Origin: Sulfurimonas sp.
GTDB taxonomy: Bacteria; Campylobacterota; Campylobacteria; Campylobacterales; Sulfurimonadaceae
Direction of reading: 5' to 3'
NCBI GenBank assembly: GCA_026988235.1
Contig: JALSLQ010000009.1
Location: 5,992-69,991, forward strand
DNA length: 64,000 nt
Positions within the stretch are counted from its first letter, which is position 1. The number at the start of each line of letters is the position of its first letter. The notes beneath the pieces are model-generated. The model did not search any database, was not told the origin of the DNA, and saw only the letters and a list, made by a program, of their open reading frames with translations. The translations under genes were made by a program, and so were the position numbers. Positions 17,355 to 26,629 of this stretch are shown here, in pieces.

Positions 17355-18454
17355 TATTTTTTGTCCTCATAAAGAAATATTCCAGATGGTTTTTTGATAG
17401 TAAATATTTCTCTTTTAATCCACCATCCTTTTGTATTAATCACAACGACTTTGTTCGCATCATTAACTGAAACAAAAAGTTCAGGTCTGATGTTGGACCA
17501 TCTTACATGTAACACTTTTCCATTAAATTGGAATCTTTTAATGATTTTTAATGTTTTTGTATCAATGATTTGAATAACCGGAAATTTTTTACCGCTGAAT
17601 GTCACTGCCAAATATTTTTTATCTGGAGATAAGGCTGTAAAAACAGGCATGCCTTCTGTTTTGATGGATTTAATAAATTTAAATTTTGGCGTAAATACAA
17701 AAACTTTATTGTCGCCAACAGCAGGAATGAAAACTTTAGAATGACTTACCGACCAAAAACCAAAATGAGGTACTTTTAAAACAGGCTCTCTTTCTCCTAA
17801 TTTTAAAGGTATTTTTTTAAATTTCATGGTGTCTAAGTTAACTTCTCCTAACCAAGGACTTTTAAAAAAACCATTTATATACTTATTTCCATCGATTAGG
17901 GCATCAAAAGGCATTATTCCAACATTCTTAAACTCTTTATAGAGTATAAAATGAGGTTTTTCTTTATTGACATTTACATTTTTATAAACAGCAATAGTGT
18001 CATTATCCATTTCTGAAAAAACAAGATAATTTTTATATATTTTAATACCGACATTGCGTGAACCAGTCTTTAGTTTTTCTATAGGTTTTAAATTGCGTGA
18101 GAGAATATCGACACTCTTGTCATCATAGTTGGCAACAGCAACATAGTTTTTGTTGATAACAAAACCAATGGCACTTTTACTCGTTTTATACTCAGCTATT
18201 TTTTTTTCGGTCACAGGGTTAAATCTCATAATATAACCATCGCGACTTATAAGGTACCCATCTTTACCGTAAAACTTCATAACTCCATGATTCATATTAT
18301 GCATATGCTCCATATGATTTCTAGGCAGTCCATCTTCTATGACTGCGACAGAGCTACTTTCACGCTCAACAACAAATACTTTTTCATGTGCACTTGCATT
18401 TACATGTAACGACAAGGCTATAATTATAACTGCCAAAAAGTTTTTTATTTTCAT
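17354..18454 (-). CDS. nirF: NirF-like cd1-type beta-propeller protein without heme c (heme d1 biosynthesis)
   Basis: Signal peptide, beta-propeller-like repeats, and no CXXCH. It sits between nirJ and the SUMT gene, with 1-nt overlaps at both ends. Confidence 0.75.
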   Translation of the reverse strand: MKIKNFLAVIIIALSLHVNASAHEKVFVVERESSSVAVIEDGLPRNHMEHMHNMNHGVMKFYGKDGYLISRDGYIMRFNPVTEKKIAEYKTSKSAIGFVINKNYVAVANYDDKSVDILSRNLKPIEKLKTGSRNVGIKIYKNYLVFSEMDNDTIAVYKNVNVNKEKPHFILYKEFKNVGIMPFDALIDGNKYINGFFKSPWLGEVNLDTMKFKKIPLKLGEREPVLKVPHFGFWSVSHSKVFIPAVGDNKVFVFTPKFKFIKSIKTEGMPVFTALSPDKKYLAVTFSGKKFPVIQIIDTKTLKIIKRFQFNGKVLHVRWSNIRPELFVSVNDANKVVVINTKGWWIKREIFTIKKPSGIFLYEDKK

Positions 18455-19575
18455 TATACTGTCTCTCTTTCTTCTTTAGTTAAGTAACATGATGGATCTT
18501 CACTCCATAGGTCACCTGTTATTGCATAAGCTCGTGCTCGACTGCCACCATTACATATGTCTATTTGTTTACATGTACTGCAAATACCGCTTATTTGTGT
18601 TCGCGGATGTATGCGAAGTTTTTCTAAAAGTTCTCCGTTTTGCCATATGTCACCAAAATCTTGATGGATGATATTACCGACAATTAGAGGGAAAAAGGGG
18701 TCAGGTCGCACATCTCCTTCACTGTTTATATTGAGTAGTTTGCGTCCTGCAGAATTACCTCCCCATTTGACGAGTCTCTCTCTCATTTTTTCTTTAAATT
18801 GAGGATACTTTTGTGTAAATTTATTTAAAAATGCAATAGCATCCATTTCCATATTTCCAGTGACGATTTCGATATCTCGCCCTGTTTCATAATACTCAAA
18901 TGCTTTGTTAAGTATAAAATCAACAGCTTTTTTTCTTTGTTCCTTGCTTAAATCCATTTTCAAATTGTCTAATCCTCGTCCGGAATAAACTAAATGAGAA
19001 ATATATATCTTTGGAATATTATGTTTTTCTACCAAATCAAAAATATATTCTAATGAGCCAATAGTATCTTTTGTCATGGTAAAACGAATACCAACTTTTG
19101 CACCTGTTTCGTTCGCTAAAAGAACAGATTTGAGTGTTTCCTTAAATGCGCCTTTAAGCCCACGAAAATAATCATGTGTTTTTTCATTTCCATCTATACT
19201 TACCCCAACATAATTAAAAGTATCAGTAATTCTTTTTATATTAGCTTTTGTAAAATAAAGACCGTTACTAGAAAGGTAAGTGATAATGCCATTTTCTTTA
19301 CAAAAATCGGCTATTTCAAACAAGTCTTTTCTTGTAAGTGGCTCTCCTCCTGAGAAAATGATAAATTTCACACCGTTTTCTTTCATTTGTAAAATAGTTT
19401 TTTTAATCTGCTCAGTCGTTAAGGTATCTACTTCATCTAAAGTTGATTTTGAATAGCAGTGCAGACAAGAAAGATTACAACGATTTGTAAAATTCCAAAT
19501 AGCGATGCTACCATCTAAAATTCTCTCTTTTTTATCTTCAACAACTGAAGCAATGAGATTTGATAATCGAAACAT
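18454..19575 (-). CDS. nirJ: Radical SAM heme d1 biosynthesis protein NirJ
   Basis: CNLSCLHCY radical-SAM cluster motif and a C-terminal SPASM-like Cys cluster (CSTCKQIDICNGG). Confidence 0.85.
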   Translation of the reverse strand: MFRLSNLIASVVEDKKERILDGSIAIWNFTNRCNLSCLHCYSKSTLDEVDTLTTEQIKKTILQMKENGVKFIIFSGGEPLTRKDLFEIADFCKENGIITYLSSNGLYFTKANIKRITDTFNYVGVSIDGNEKTHDYFRGLKGAFKETLKSVLLANETGAKVGIRFTMTKDTIGSLEYIFDLVEKHNIPKIYISHLVYSGRGLDNLKMDLSKEQRKKAVDFILNKAFEYYETGRDIEIVTGNMEMDAIAFLNKFTQKYPQFKEKMRERLVKWGGNSAGRKLLNINSEGDVRPDPFFPLIVGNIIHQDFGDIWQNGELLEKLRIHPRTQISGICSTCKQIDICNGGSRARAYAITGDLWSEDPSCYLTKEERETV

Positions 19576-19883
19576 TATTGTTTTCCTTTGTATGAGAGGA
19601 TGTAATCACTAATAATGTCTAATTCTTTTGCGTTAAGATGCAATTGTGTCATGACTGTTCGTTTGTATCCAAAAGCTTTATACATTGATTTTGGGGAGTT
19701 TATATAAGCCTCTATTTCTGCTTTTGTTCTTGTGTCCGCTATTTGACTAAAAGGAGGACCAAAAGCCATGGCTGTTTGATGATGACAACCCCAACAATAA
19801 GTCTCAAAAACTTTTTTTCCAGTAAGTGTATCACTAAAAAGTAAAACAGAAAATAATAATAATAGAATTGCAATTTTATTCAT
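19575..19883 (-). CDS. Small monoheme cytochrome c (NirC/NirM-like)
   Basis: Signal peptide and a single CWGCHH motif, about 100 aa. First gene of the overlapped cyt c-nirJ-nirF-cobA string. Confidence 0.75.
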   Translation of the reverse strand: MNKIAILLLLFSVLLFSDTLTGKKVFETYCWGCHHQTAMAFGPPFSQIADTRTKAEIEAYINSPKSMYKAFGYKRTVMTQLHLNAKELDIISDYILSYKGKQ

Positions 19884-20035
19884 CTTGTTTCTTTCCTTAA
19901 AATAACTATTATTCTAGCAAAAGTAAGCTTGAAATATGCCTTAAATAGGCTATAAAATAAGAATTTTTTCATTTATGAGTATTTGGTAGTATTATTAAAA
20001 AAAATTATAAAAAATGTTCTAAATAGTAAGTAAGA

Positions 20036-20053
20036 TTCTCCCCAAGGGGAGAA
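20036..20053 (-). terminator. GC-rich palindrome TTCTCCCCaaGGGGAGAA 9 bp after the nirS stop
   Basis: Inverted repeat read directly. On the minus strand the T-run comes before the stem rather than after it, so terminator function is uncertain. Confidence 0.3.
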
Positions 20054-20061
20054 AAAGGTGT

Positions 20062-21699
20062 CTATGCACCTGGAATATTTTGTCTATGCTCGATAGAGTA
20101 AGTAAATGTTGGGGTTGTTAAACCTTTAATATATTTAACAAATTTACCAGTTTTTGCTTCATAAATACCGATACGACCAGCATTCCACTCCGAAATCATA
20201 GTCCAATGACCATGGTTTGCAGGTTCAGCATGTAAAATTCTAGGAATTATAACTTTACCTTTTTTATTTTTTACAGTTGGAACTTTCCAGCTATAAAGTA
20301 TTTTGTGTGTTACCGGATCTGTAACAGTACCTCTTTTTGTACCAACAGTAATAATTCTGTCTGTTTCAAGTGTTTGTTTGTTAATGAGGTACATTTTGTT
20401 CCATGCAGATGGTCCACCGATTACATTATCTGACCAAAGGAATGGTGTATGTTCACTTGTTCCGACAAAAAGACCACCACCGGCAGTTCTTACGCGTGCA
20501 ACAACATCCCAGTTACTATCCCAAATAATACATTCACCGACATTCATACTGTTTGTAGCATAAAGTTGTCCATATCTGTCATTATACCAAGATGAACCTT
20601 GACCTGGGTGAGGCTTAGTACCAGGACCAGTATAAACTTTAGCAACTAAAGATTTTGTTTTAAAGTCAACAACACCCATAACATCACTTCCTTGAGAAGC
20701 TTGCATTAAGTAGCGTCCAATCTCTTTACCTTCATTTTCAAAACCATCATGTAAGATTTTACCAATGTTTGGAATATCACCAACAATCGGGAATCCTGGT
20801 TTAGAGTAATCAACAATATATACATGACCTGCATCTTTAAGAGCAAATGCGATGTATGGACCATATGGAGTATCATAAACACCGGCTACACGAGATGAAC
20901 CGATATTTCCATCCATATCAATTACACTTGATGTCGGATAAACTTTCAATGGTTTTAATGTCATTGCATCCATTAAAATAGCACCACCTGGTACATAATT
21001 TCCTGCCATTAAGTATTTTCCATCTGGAGAAACTGCAAGACCACGAGATGATGTACCTACTTGTACCTGTGCAATTTTTTGTTGACCCGGTGTATTTAAA
21101 TCAAACATTGTCACTAAACCTGAACGAGAGATTGAGTATGCATAGCGGGGTAGACGCTTGTTTGTTACTGTTACATGTACTGCAAATCCTGCAGGGTGGC
21201 GAGAAAGGATTTTACCAGTTGTGCCATCCATAAAGTCAACACGAGAAGCATCACGCTCTGTAATAAAACAAATGTTTGCAACTTTTTTCACATCCACAGG
21301 GTGTGGATATTTTTTTAGAAATTTCATTCTATCATTCAGTGGTTTCCAACCTGCAGTTACTGCTTTAAGGGTTAAAATTTTAATTTTATGACCTTTAAAA
21401 TGTTGTAAATAATCAACCATTTTATCAGCATCTGCTTTATTAAATGTATTGTCCCAAGCAGGCATTGCAGTACCAGGAACACCATTTAGAATTTTTTCTG
21501 CCAAAGTGTAAGAATTCATTTTGGCAATTTTTGCAGGGCGTAAATCCGCTCCAACACCACCTTCATGATTTGGACCATGGCATCCTTGACACTCTTTTTT
21601 AAACACTTTAGCAACATTCATATGTGAAGTGCCGGCAAATAGACTTGAACCTACAACCGCTAATGCCGCGACTGATATAACTAATTTATTGAATCTCAT
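20062..21699 (-). CDS. nirS: Cytochrome cd1 nitrite reductase
   Basis: Signal peptide MRFNKLVISVAALAVVG from the ATG at 21699 (GGAG lies 8 nt upstream), heme c motif CQGCH, and a long d1 beta-propeller. The first 14 codons of the track ORF are rejected. Confidence 0.95.
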   Translation of the reverse strand: MRFNKLVISVAALAVVGSSLFAGTSHMNVAKVFKKECQGCHGPNHEGGVGADLRPAKIAKMNSYTLAEKILNGVPGTAMPAWDNTFNKADADKMVDYLQHFKGHKIKILTLKAVTAGWKPLNDRMKFLKKYPHPVDVKKVANICFITERDASRVDFMDGTTGKILSRHPAGFAVHVTVTNKRLPRYAYSISRSGLVTMFDLNTPGQQKIAQVQVGTSSRGLAVSPDGKYLMAGNYVPGGAILMDAMTLKPLKVYPTSSVIDMDGNIGSSRVAGVYDTPYGPYIAFALKDAGHVYIVDYSKPGFPIVGDIPNIGKILHDGFENEGKEIGRYLMQASQGSDVMGVVDFKTKSLVAKVYTGPGTKPHPGQGSSWYNDRYGQLYATNSMNVGECIIWDSNWDVVARVRTAGGGLFVGTSEHTPFLWSDNVIGGPSAWNKMYLINKQTLETDRIITVGTKRGTVTDPVTHKILYSWKVPTVKNKKGKVIIPRILHAEPANHGHWTMISEWNAGRIGIYEAKTGKFVKYIKGLTTPTFTYSIEHRQNIPGA

Positions 21700-21756
21700 T
21701 TTATTTCTCCTTCTAAAATTGAAGATTAGACATGACCCCATGGGGATCAGTCTGAC

Positions 21757-21909
21757 TTAGTTCTCGTTTTCCAAACGCTTTTTCTCTTGATAATAAATCC
21801 AAATCATTGGAAGTATTATTACAGTGTGCAGAAAAATCGTTAAAGTCATAGGACCTTGATTAAGCCAACCAAAAAAGCTTGGATTAACATCTGTAAATGC
21901 TTCAAACAT
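21757..21909 (-). CDS. Unlisted 50-aa single-TM ORF between norB and nirS
   Basis: Own translation: MFEAFTDVNPSFFGWLNQGPMTLTIFLHTVIILPMIWIYYQEKKRLENEN. The start ATG is preceded by AAGGAG (7-nt spacing) and lies 10 bp after the norB stop. The ORF is below the track length cut-off. Confidence 0.5.
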   Translation of the reverse strand: MFEAFTDVNPSFFGWLNQGPMTLTIFLHTVIILPMIWIYYQEKKRLENEN

Positions 21910-21918
21910 TTTATCTCC

Positions 21919-23367
21919 TTATCTTTTGTGTACTGGATTTTTTCCAGTAGTTAATAAATCTATAGCAAGTAAAATGAAGCCTGTAAAGACTACAACACCT
22001 GCAATAAGTCTCCAGTCCATTGCTTGAGCGAACCAGACACCGCTTTGACCATCAAAGTATCCTGCCCATGTTGCACCCATTTGTGCACGAGAAACAAGAA
22101 CTTGAACATACCCGGCAATAGTCAATGCAACAGTCATAACTAGCATACCACCAGTGATTAAACTAGTAGACCAAATAGACAGCTTGGTTGATTTTAATAC
22201 TTTTATGCCATTCGTTCCTTGAACAGCTATATAAAACATACCTACAAGAATTGTTGCATAAGCACCAAAAAATGCCAAGTGACCATGTGCTGCAGTAAAT
22301 TGTGTACCGTGAGTATAAAGATTTACTTGTGGCAAGGTATGGAAAAATCCCCAAACACCAGCACCTAAGAAGTTACCAAAGGCATTCAGTACAAACCATG
22401 TAAATGCAGGTTTATTGGTAATAACAGATTTTGCTTGATACTCATCTGTATGCTCTTTCGCCATCTCTGCACCCTGTGTTTTGCCCCAGTCATAAAGTAC
22501 ATGAACAAACATTGCAACTAGTGGTAATGGTTCTAGCGCACTAAATAATGCACCAATTTCCCACCAGTACTCAGGTGTACCAATCCAGAAATAGTGGTGA
22601 CCTAAACCTAGGATACCTGAACCAAAGAGCATAGCAACTTCAATCCATAACCACATTTCAACGACTTGACGATGTGCCCCAATCATTTTAATAAGACCAT
22701 AAGCAGCAATCGCACCAACGAAAACTTCCCATGTAGCCTCAACCCATAAGTGGATTACCCACCACCACCAATACTGATCAACTGAGATATTGTCAGTAAA
22801 GAACATACCAGCTAAATAAAGACCGGCAAATGCAATCATATCAGCCATTAAAACTGTTACGATTCCTGTTTGTTTTCCTTTCATACCTGTTAAGAAAAGA
22901 TTTCCAACAAATCCAAGAGCAACAACTACGATTCCCCAGTCAGCCCAACGCGGTGCTTCAATATATTCACGACCTTCTGTAATAAACCAGATTGTGGTAT
23001 CACTAGCAGGACCAACTTGAATAAATAGAAACACTAAAACAACTATTACAATTGCAAGTGCAAATATCCAAAAAAGGAGTTTACCAATTTTAATACCTAC
23101 TGTTTCAATTCCTGTTTCATCTGGCAATAACCAATAAACAGAACCAAACATTGCAAATACCATCCATACAACGAGTGCATTAATGTGTATAATTCTTGCG
23201 ATTGAAAAGTCTAGAATTCCATAAAGAAAACCAGGCATTACATATTGAATAGCCGCTACCAAACCAAAAAGTAATTGAGCACCAAACAAAATCGCTGCAA
23301 AAGTAAAATACCATGTAGCTAATTGTTTTGATTCGCTGCCAATACCTGTTAAGTGATTACTTGCCAT
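21919..23367 (-). CDS. norB: Nitric oxide reductase large subunit (cNOR NorB)
   Basis: 12-TM heme-copper oxidase-like protein with conserved His-containing helices (HLWVE, GHHYFW, HGHLAFFG). Confidence 0.95.
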   Translation of the reverse strand: MASNHLTGIGSESKQLATWYFTFAAILFGAQLLFGLVAAIQYVMPGFLYGILDFSIARIIHINALVVWMVFAMFGSVYWLLPDETGIETVGIKIGKLLFWIFALAIVIVVLVFLFIQVGPASDTTIWFITEGREYIEAPRWADWGIVVVALGFVGNLFLTGMKGKQTGIVTVLMADMIAFAGLYLAGMFFTDNISVDQYWWWWVIHLWVEATWEVFVGAIAAYGLIKMIGAHRQVVEMWLWIEVAMLFGSGILGLGHHYFWIGTPEYWWEIGALFSALEPLPLVAMFVHVLYDWGKTQGAEMAKEHTDEYQAKSVITNKPAFTWFVLNAFGNFLGAGVWGFFHTLPQVNLYTHGTQFTAAHGHLAFFGAYATILVGMFYIAVQGTNGIKVLKSTKLSIWSTSLITGGMLVMTVALTIAGYVQVLVSRAQMGATWAGYFDGQSGVWFAQAMDWRLIAGVVVFTGFILLAIDLLTTGKNPVHKR

Positions 23368-24043
23368 TTACTGCTCCTTTTATTTTTCCAAAATTTCTTG
23401 GAAAACCATTTGTGTCAATAGAAGACATTTGTTTTAAGAATGCAACCAAACCTTTTGCCTCTTTTGCAGTAATACCAAGATTTGGCATCATACGAGCATG
23501 TGTAGGGTATTGACCTGGATGTTGTAAAAATTCAGCCATGGCTTCTTCTCTTGTATTTTTTCCAGTTAAAGCTTGCATTGCACCATTTGGTCCCCATGCA
23601 GGATCTAACCATGCTTTTGTTAAATCAGGTGCATAGTAAGCGCCATTTCCTAAAAGTGTATGACAATCCATACAATTTTTTGCTTGCTCACCTAGCTTTC
23701 CTAAATGTAGTAAAGCTCTCGCTTCGTCTTCTGAATAGTCATCACGACCAAAAAACTTTTCTTTTACTTGAAATAATGAATTTCCTTTCCCGTCATTTCC
23801 ACCAATGATAGGTACTTCGAGACCACGCTTAGCGCTCATTTCATAAGTAATCTTGTAATTAATAACAGTAGGTCCTGGAACCCTTTTTGTCACCTTGTTT
23901 TGTAAATCTTGATCATTTCCCATTGCAATTTGTGCTGACGTATCAAATGTCAACCAAATTAAAAGAACTGATGCAAAACCTGTAACCCACGTTGCTGTTC
24001 TTTGCCAGAAACGATTGTCACTCCATACAGATTTATTAGCCAC
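23357..24043 (-). CDS. norC: Nitric oxide reductase cytochrome c subunit, longer than the about 150 aa I recall for proteobacterial NorC
   Basis: N-terminal TM anchor and CMDCHTLLGNGAYYAPDL. It overlaps the norB start by 11 nt. An extra stretch of roughly 70 aa lies between the anchor and the heme motif. Confidence 0.85.
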   Translation of the reverse strand: MANKSVWSDNRFWQRTATWVTGFASVLLIWLTFDTSAQIAMGNDQDLQNKVTKRVPGPTVINYKITYEMSAKRGLEVPIIGGNDGKGNSLFQVKEKFFGRDDYSEDEARALLHLGKLGEQAKNCMDCHTLLGNGAYYAPDLTKAWLDPAWGPNGAMQALTGKNTREEAMAEFLQHPGQYPTHARMMPNLGITAKEAKGLVAFLKQMSSIDTNGFPRNFGKIKGAVNGK

Positions 24044-24085
24044 TGTATCCTCCTATAAAATTATTGTCGAAATATATATTGTGCA

Positions 24086-24412
24086 TCAATGTTCATTTTC
24101 TTCATGAACTTGATTTTGCATATAATAAACTGCGAATGGAAGTAAAAACAATCCAATTGCAGCGACAACTAAAGCTTTTGCAGTAAATTCCCCGACATGC
24201 ATTAAACTTCCCATTAAATACAAACAATAGGCAGTCAATACCCAAAACATGTATGCAAACAGCATAGTCCATGGTTTTAGTAGTTTTACCTTTACTGCAG
24301 TATATATACCAACATAAAATCCTCCAAAAACTAACACAAGCGCTGAAGAAACAAAGATAGTTAGAAAGTCATTCAATGCAATCCCCGGTCTTATCATAGA
24401 TGGATCTATCAT
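24086..24412 (-). CDS. 3-TM membrane protein, unknown function, first gene of the nor/nir transcription unit
   Basis: Track ORF. AAGGAG precedes the ATG. It lies 42 bp upstream of norC and downstream of the FNR-type box. Confidence 0.6.
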   Translation of the reverse strand: MIDPSMIRPGIALNDFLTIFVSSALVLVFGGFYVGIYTAVKVKLLKPWTMLFAYMFWVLTAYCLYLMGSLMHVGEFTAKALVVAAIGLFLLPFAVYYMQNQVHEENEH

Positions 24413-24482
24413 TTTGTTCTCCTTAAACTCTGTTAATATTTTAGAATCATTTGTATTCTAGTCTTTTCTAAAACTAATAAAG

Positions 24483-24496
24483 TTGATTTAAATCAA
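24483..24496. promoter_or_regulatory. Perfect FNR/Dnr-type box TTGATttaaATCAA
   Basis: Exact palindrome. A minus-strand TAGAAT (24460-24455) puts the box centre about 41.5 bp upstream of the inferred start site. The box centre is about 77 bp upstream of the ATG at 24412. Confidence 0.65.
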
Positions 24497-24626
24497 TTTC
24501 ACGAGTTAACATAGATATTTTAGCTTAATTTTATAATGAGTGTAACATTATGTTAGAGGAATTTGTATTTTAGTTAATAAATTATTAATATGTGTAGAAC
24601 TGTAATAGTATTTTCTTATATGTACT

Positions 24627-25595
24627 CTAGTTACATGTAAGAAAATAGTTATTAATATTTTGAATTAACTCTTGAAGATTTTTACTATAAGTAGTAAGCT
24701 TTACTTGTTCATTTTTACTTATACTATTTTTTATATCATTGGCAGAAGATGTGAGTGCATCAGCACCGATATTTGCAGAAACGCCTACGATATCTAGGAG
24801 TAATTGATCTGCTTGTGCTGTTTTATTATCTTTGAGTAAGATTTCTAATTCTTCTGCTGAATTACTATAAGTGGATAAAAATTCTTTTAAAATGTCATGA
24901 TAAAAATCTACATCATTACCAGCGATTTGTAAGCCTCTTTGAATAGCTAAAACTTCTAAATCTGAAGGAGGATTTGTTAGTTTTGATTTATGTGAGTATT
25001 GATATAAAATGTCATATAAGGCATCTATCTTTAATGGTTTTTCAAGATGTTCTTTCATGCCCGCATCTTTCATTTTTTTAATATCATCACTTGCTACATC
25101 TCCACTCAGTGCAACAATTGCTATATGGTTATATTGAGGGTTTTGTTTAATAATTTTTGTTGCCTCAAAGCCATCAATCCGTGGCATATGTGCATCCATT
25201 AATATAATCATGAAATCTTTGTCTTTTTGCAGTATATCCAGTGCTTCTTGCCCGTCATTGGCTACAATTACTTCTATGCCACTGTTCCCTAAAACCCCTA
25301 AAATAACTTTTTGATTAATAAGATTGTCTTCAGCCAAGAGTATTCTTTCTCCTGAAAAAAGTTTAAAATCTTCTTTAGTGATTTTTCCATGATTTGGAAC
25401 AGTTTGTTTATTCACAGGCTTACTGACAGATTCTACCTCTATTTCATTATGTATATTTTTAGTGTTTTCTTCAGTAATTTCAGTAAATGTATCTTTCTGT
25501 GAAGAAGCTGGTTTTCTTTTTAAATAGAGATAAATAAATAAAAGTATAAAAATTATTGCTAAAGCGAGTAGCTCATTTTGGTATTGTAAAATCAT
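24627..25595 (-). CDS. Membrane-anchored response-regulator receiver domain plus C-terminal HPt-like helical domain
   Basis: N-terminal TM, then a REC domain (RILLAEDNLINQ...IILMDAHMPRIDGFE...ALSGD...KP). The C-terminal region resembles an HPt four-helix bundle (DFYHDILKEFL...LLLDIVGVSANIGADAL). Confidence 0.8.
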   Translation of the reverse strand: MILQYQNELLALAIIFILLFIYLYLKRKPASSQKDTFTEITEENTKNIHNEIEVESVSKPVNKQTVPNHGKITKEDFKLFSGERILLAEDNLINQKVILGVLGNSGIEVIVANDGQEALDILQKDKDFMIILMDAHMPRIDGFEATKIIKQNPQYNHIAIVALSGDVASDDIKKMKDAGMKEHLEKPLKIDALYDILYQYSHKSKLTNPPSDLEVLAIQRGLQIAGNDVDFYHDILKEFLSTYSNSAEELEILLKDNKTAQADQLLLDIVGVSANIGADALTSSANDIKNSISKNEQVKLTTYSKNLQELIQNINNYFLTCN

Positions 25596-25702
25596 AAAAA
25601 GACCCCTTTTTTGTTTTAACCTTAATCATACAGTATAAAAAATTAAACCTAAATCAAAATTTCTGTATAATAACTAATAAATTTATATTAATAGGGTGTT
25701 GT

Positions 25703-26629
25703 TTGCAAAATATTCCACATATTCCAGTTTTGTATAAAGAAGTTACAGAAGCTTTTAAGGATTTGAAAGAAGGGATTGTTATAGACTGTACTATGGGTTA
25801 TGGTGGTCATACTTCTATGATACTTGAAGCAAATCCAAATATAAAAGTGATTGCAATTGACCAAGACCAGACTGCCATTGATTTTTCTTCAAAGCGTCTT
25901 TTTAAATATGAAGAGAGGGTGAGCATACGCAAGGGTCGTTTTTCTACTGTCATGAAAGAGATTCTTCAAGAAGTGAACCCTGAGGAAATAAAAGGGATAC
26001 TTGCAGATATAGGTGTTTCTTCTCTACAATTGGACCAAAGAGAGAGAGGATTTTCTTATGAAAGTGATACACTTGATATGCGTATGGACAAAGATGCACC
26101 TTTGAGTGCTTCAAATGTTGTTAACGAGTACACACAAGTTGATTTGCAAAGAATACTGCTAGAATATGGTGAATTAAGAAATTATAAAAAAATAGCAGAT
26201 GTAATTGTGCAAAATCGTCCGTTTAGCTCGGCAAAAGCATTAAGTGAGGTAGTAAAATTACATATGCCAAGGGGCAAAAAGATTCACCCAGCAACACTGC
26301 TTATGCAAGCGATTCGCATAGAAGTCAATGATGAACTCGGCGAATTAAAATCTTTGCTTAAAAGTATAGAAGATGCAAAACTTCCAGAAGCAAAAATAGC
26401 CATTATCTCTTTTCATTCTCTTGAAGACAGAATTGTTAAAAAAGAGTTTGCAAAATGGGCCAAATCATGTATCTGCCCTCCTGAAGCTTTTCGTTGTACT
26501 TGTGGAAACAACCACCGTTTAGGAAAAATTTTAACTAAAAAACCTATTATGGCACAGGCAGATGAACTCAAAGAGAATGTTAGAAGCCGTAGTGCAAAAA
26601 TGCGTTTATTTCAAATGGAACTGCAATGA
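25703..26629 (+). CDS. rsmH: 16S rRNA (cytosine1402-N4)-methyltransferase
   Basis: HIPVL...DCTMGYGGHT...DQD...GILADIGVSS motifs typical of MraW/RsmH. TTG start. Confidence 0.9.
   Translation: MQNIPHIPVLYKEVTEAFKDLKEGIVIDCTMGYGGHTSMILEANPNIKVIAIDQDQTAIDFSSKRLFKYEERVSIRKGRFSTVMKEILQEVNPEEIKGILADIGVSSLQLDQRERGFSYESDTLDMRMDKDAPLSASNVVNEYTQVDLQRILLEYGELRNYKKIADVIVQNRPFSSAKALSEVVKLHMPRGKKIHPATLLMQAIRIEVNDELGELKSLLKSIEDAKLPEAKIAIISFHSLEDRIVKKEFAKWAKSCICPPEAFRCTCGNNHRLGKILTKKPIMAQADELKENVRSRSAKMRLFQMELQ

Noticed and set aside
21700-21741. Extra 14 codons at the 5' end of the nirS track ORF
   Set aside because: The ATG at 21699 has a GGAG RBS and starts a proper signal peptide. The extension (MGSCLIFNFRRRNK) has neither.
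21736-21745. CCCCATGGGG palindrome between the 50-aa ORF and nirS
   Set aside because: Only four G-C pairs can form once a minimal loop is allowed, and the flanks do not extend the stem. This is too weak to call an attenuator or processing site.
24615-24641. 10-bp-stem inverted repeat (CTTATATGTA / TACATGTAAG, one mismatch) enclosing the response-regulator stop codon
   Set aside because: No T-run follows on the coding (minus) strand and the stem is AT-rich. It is not convincing as a terminator.
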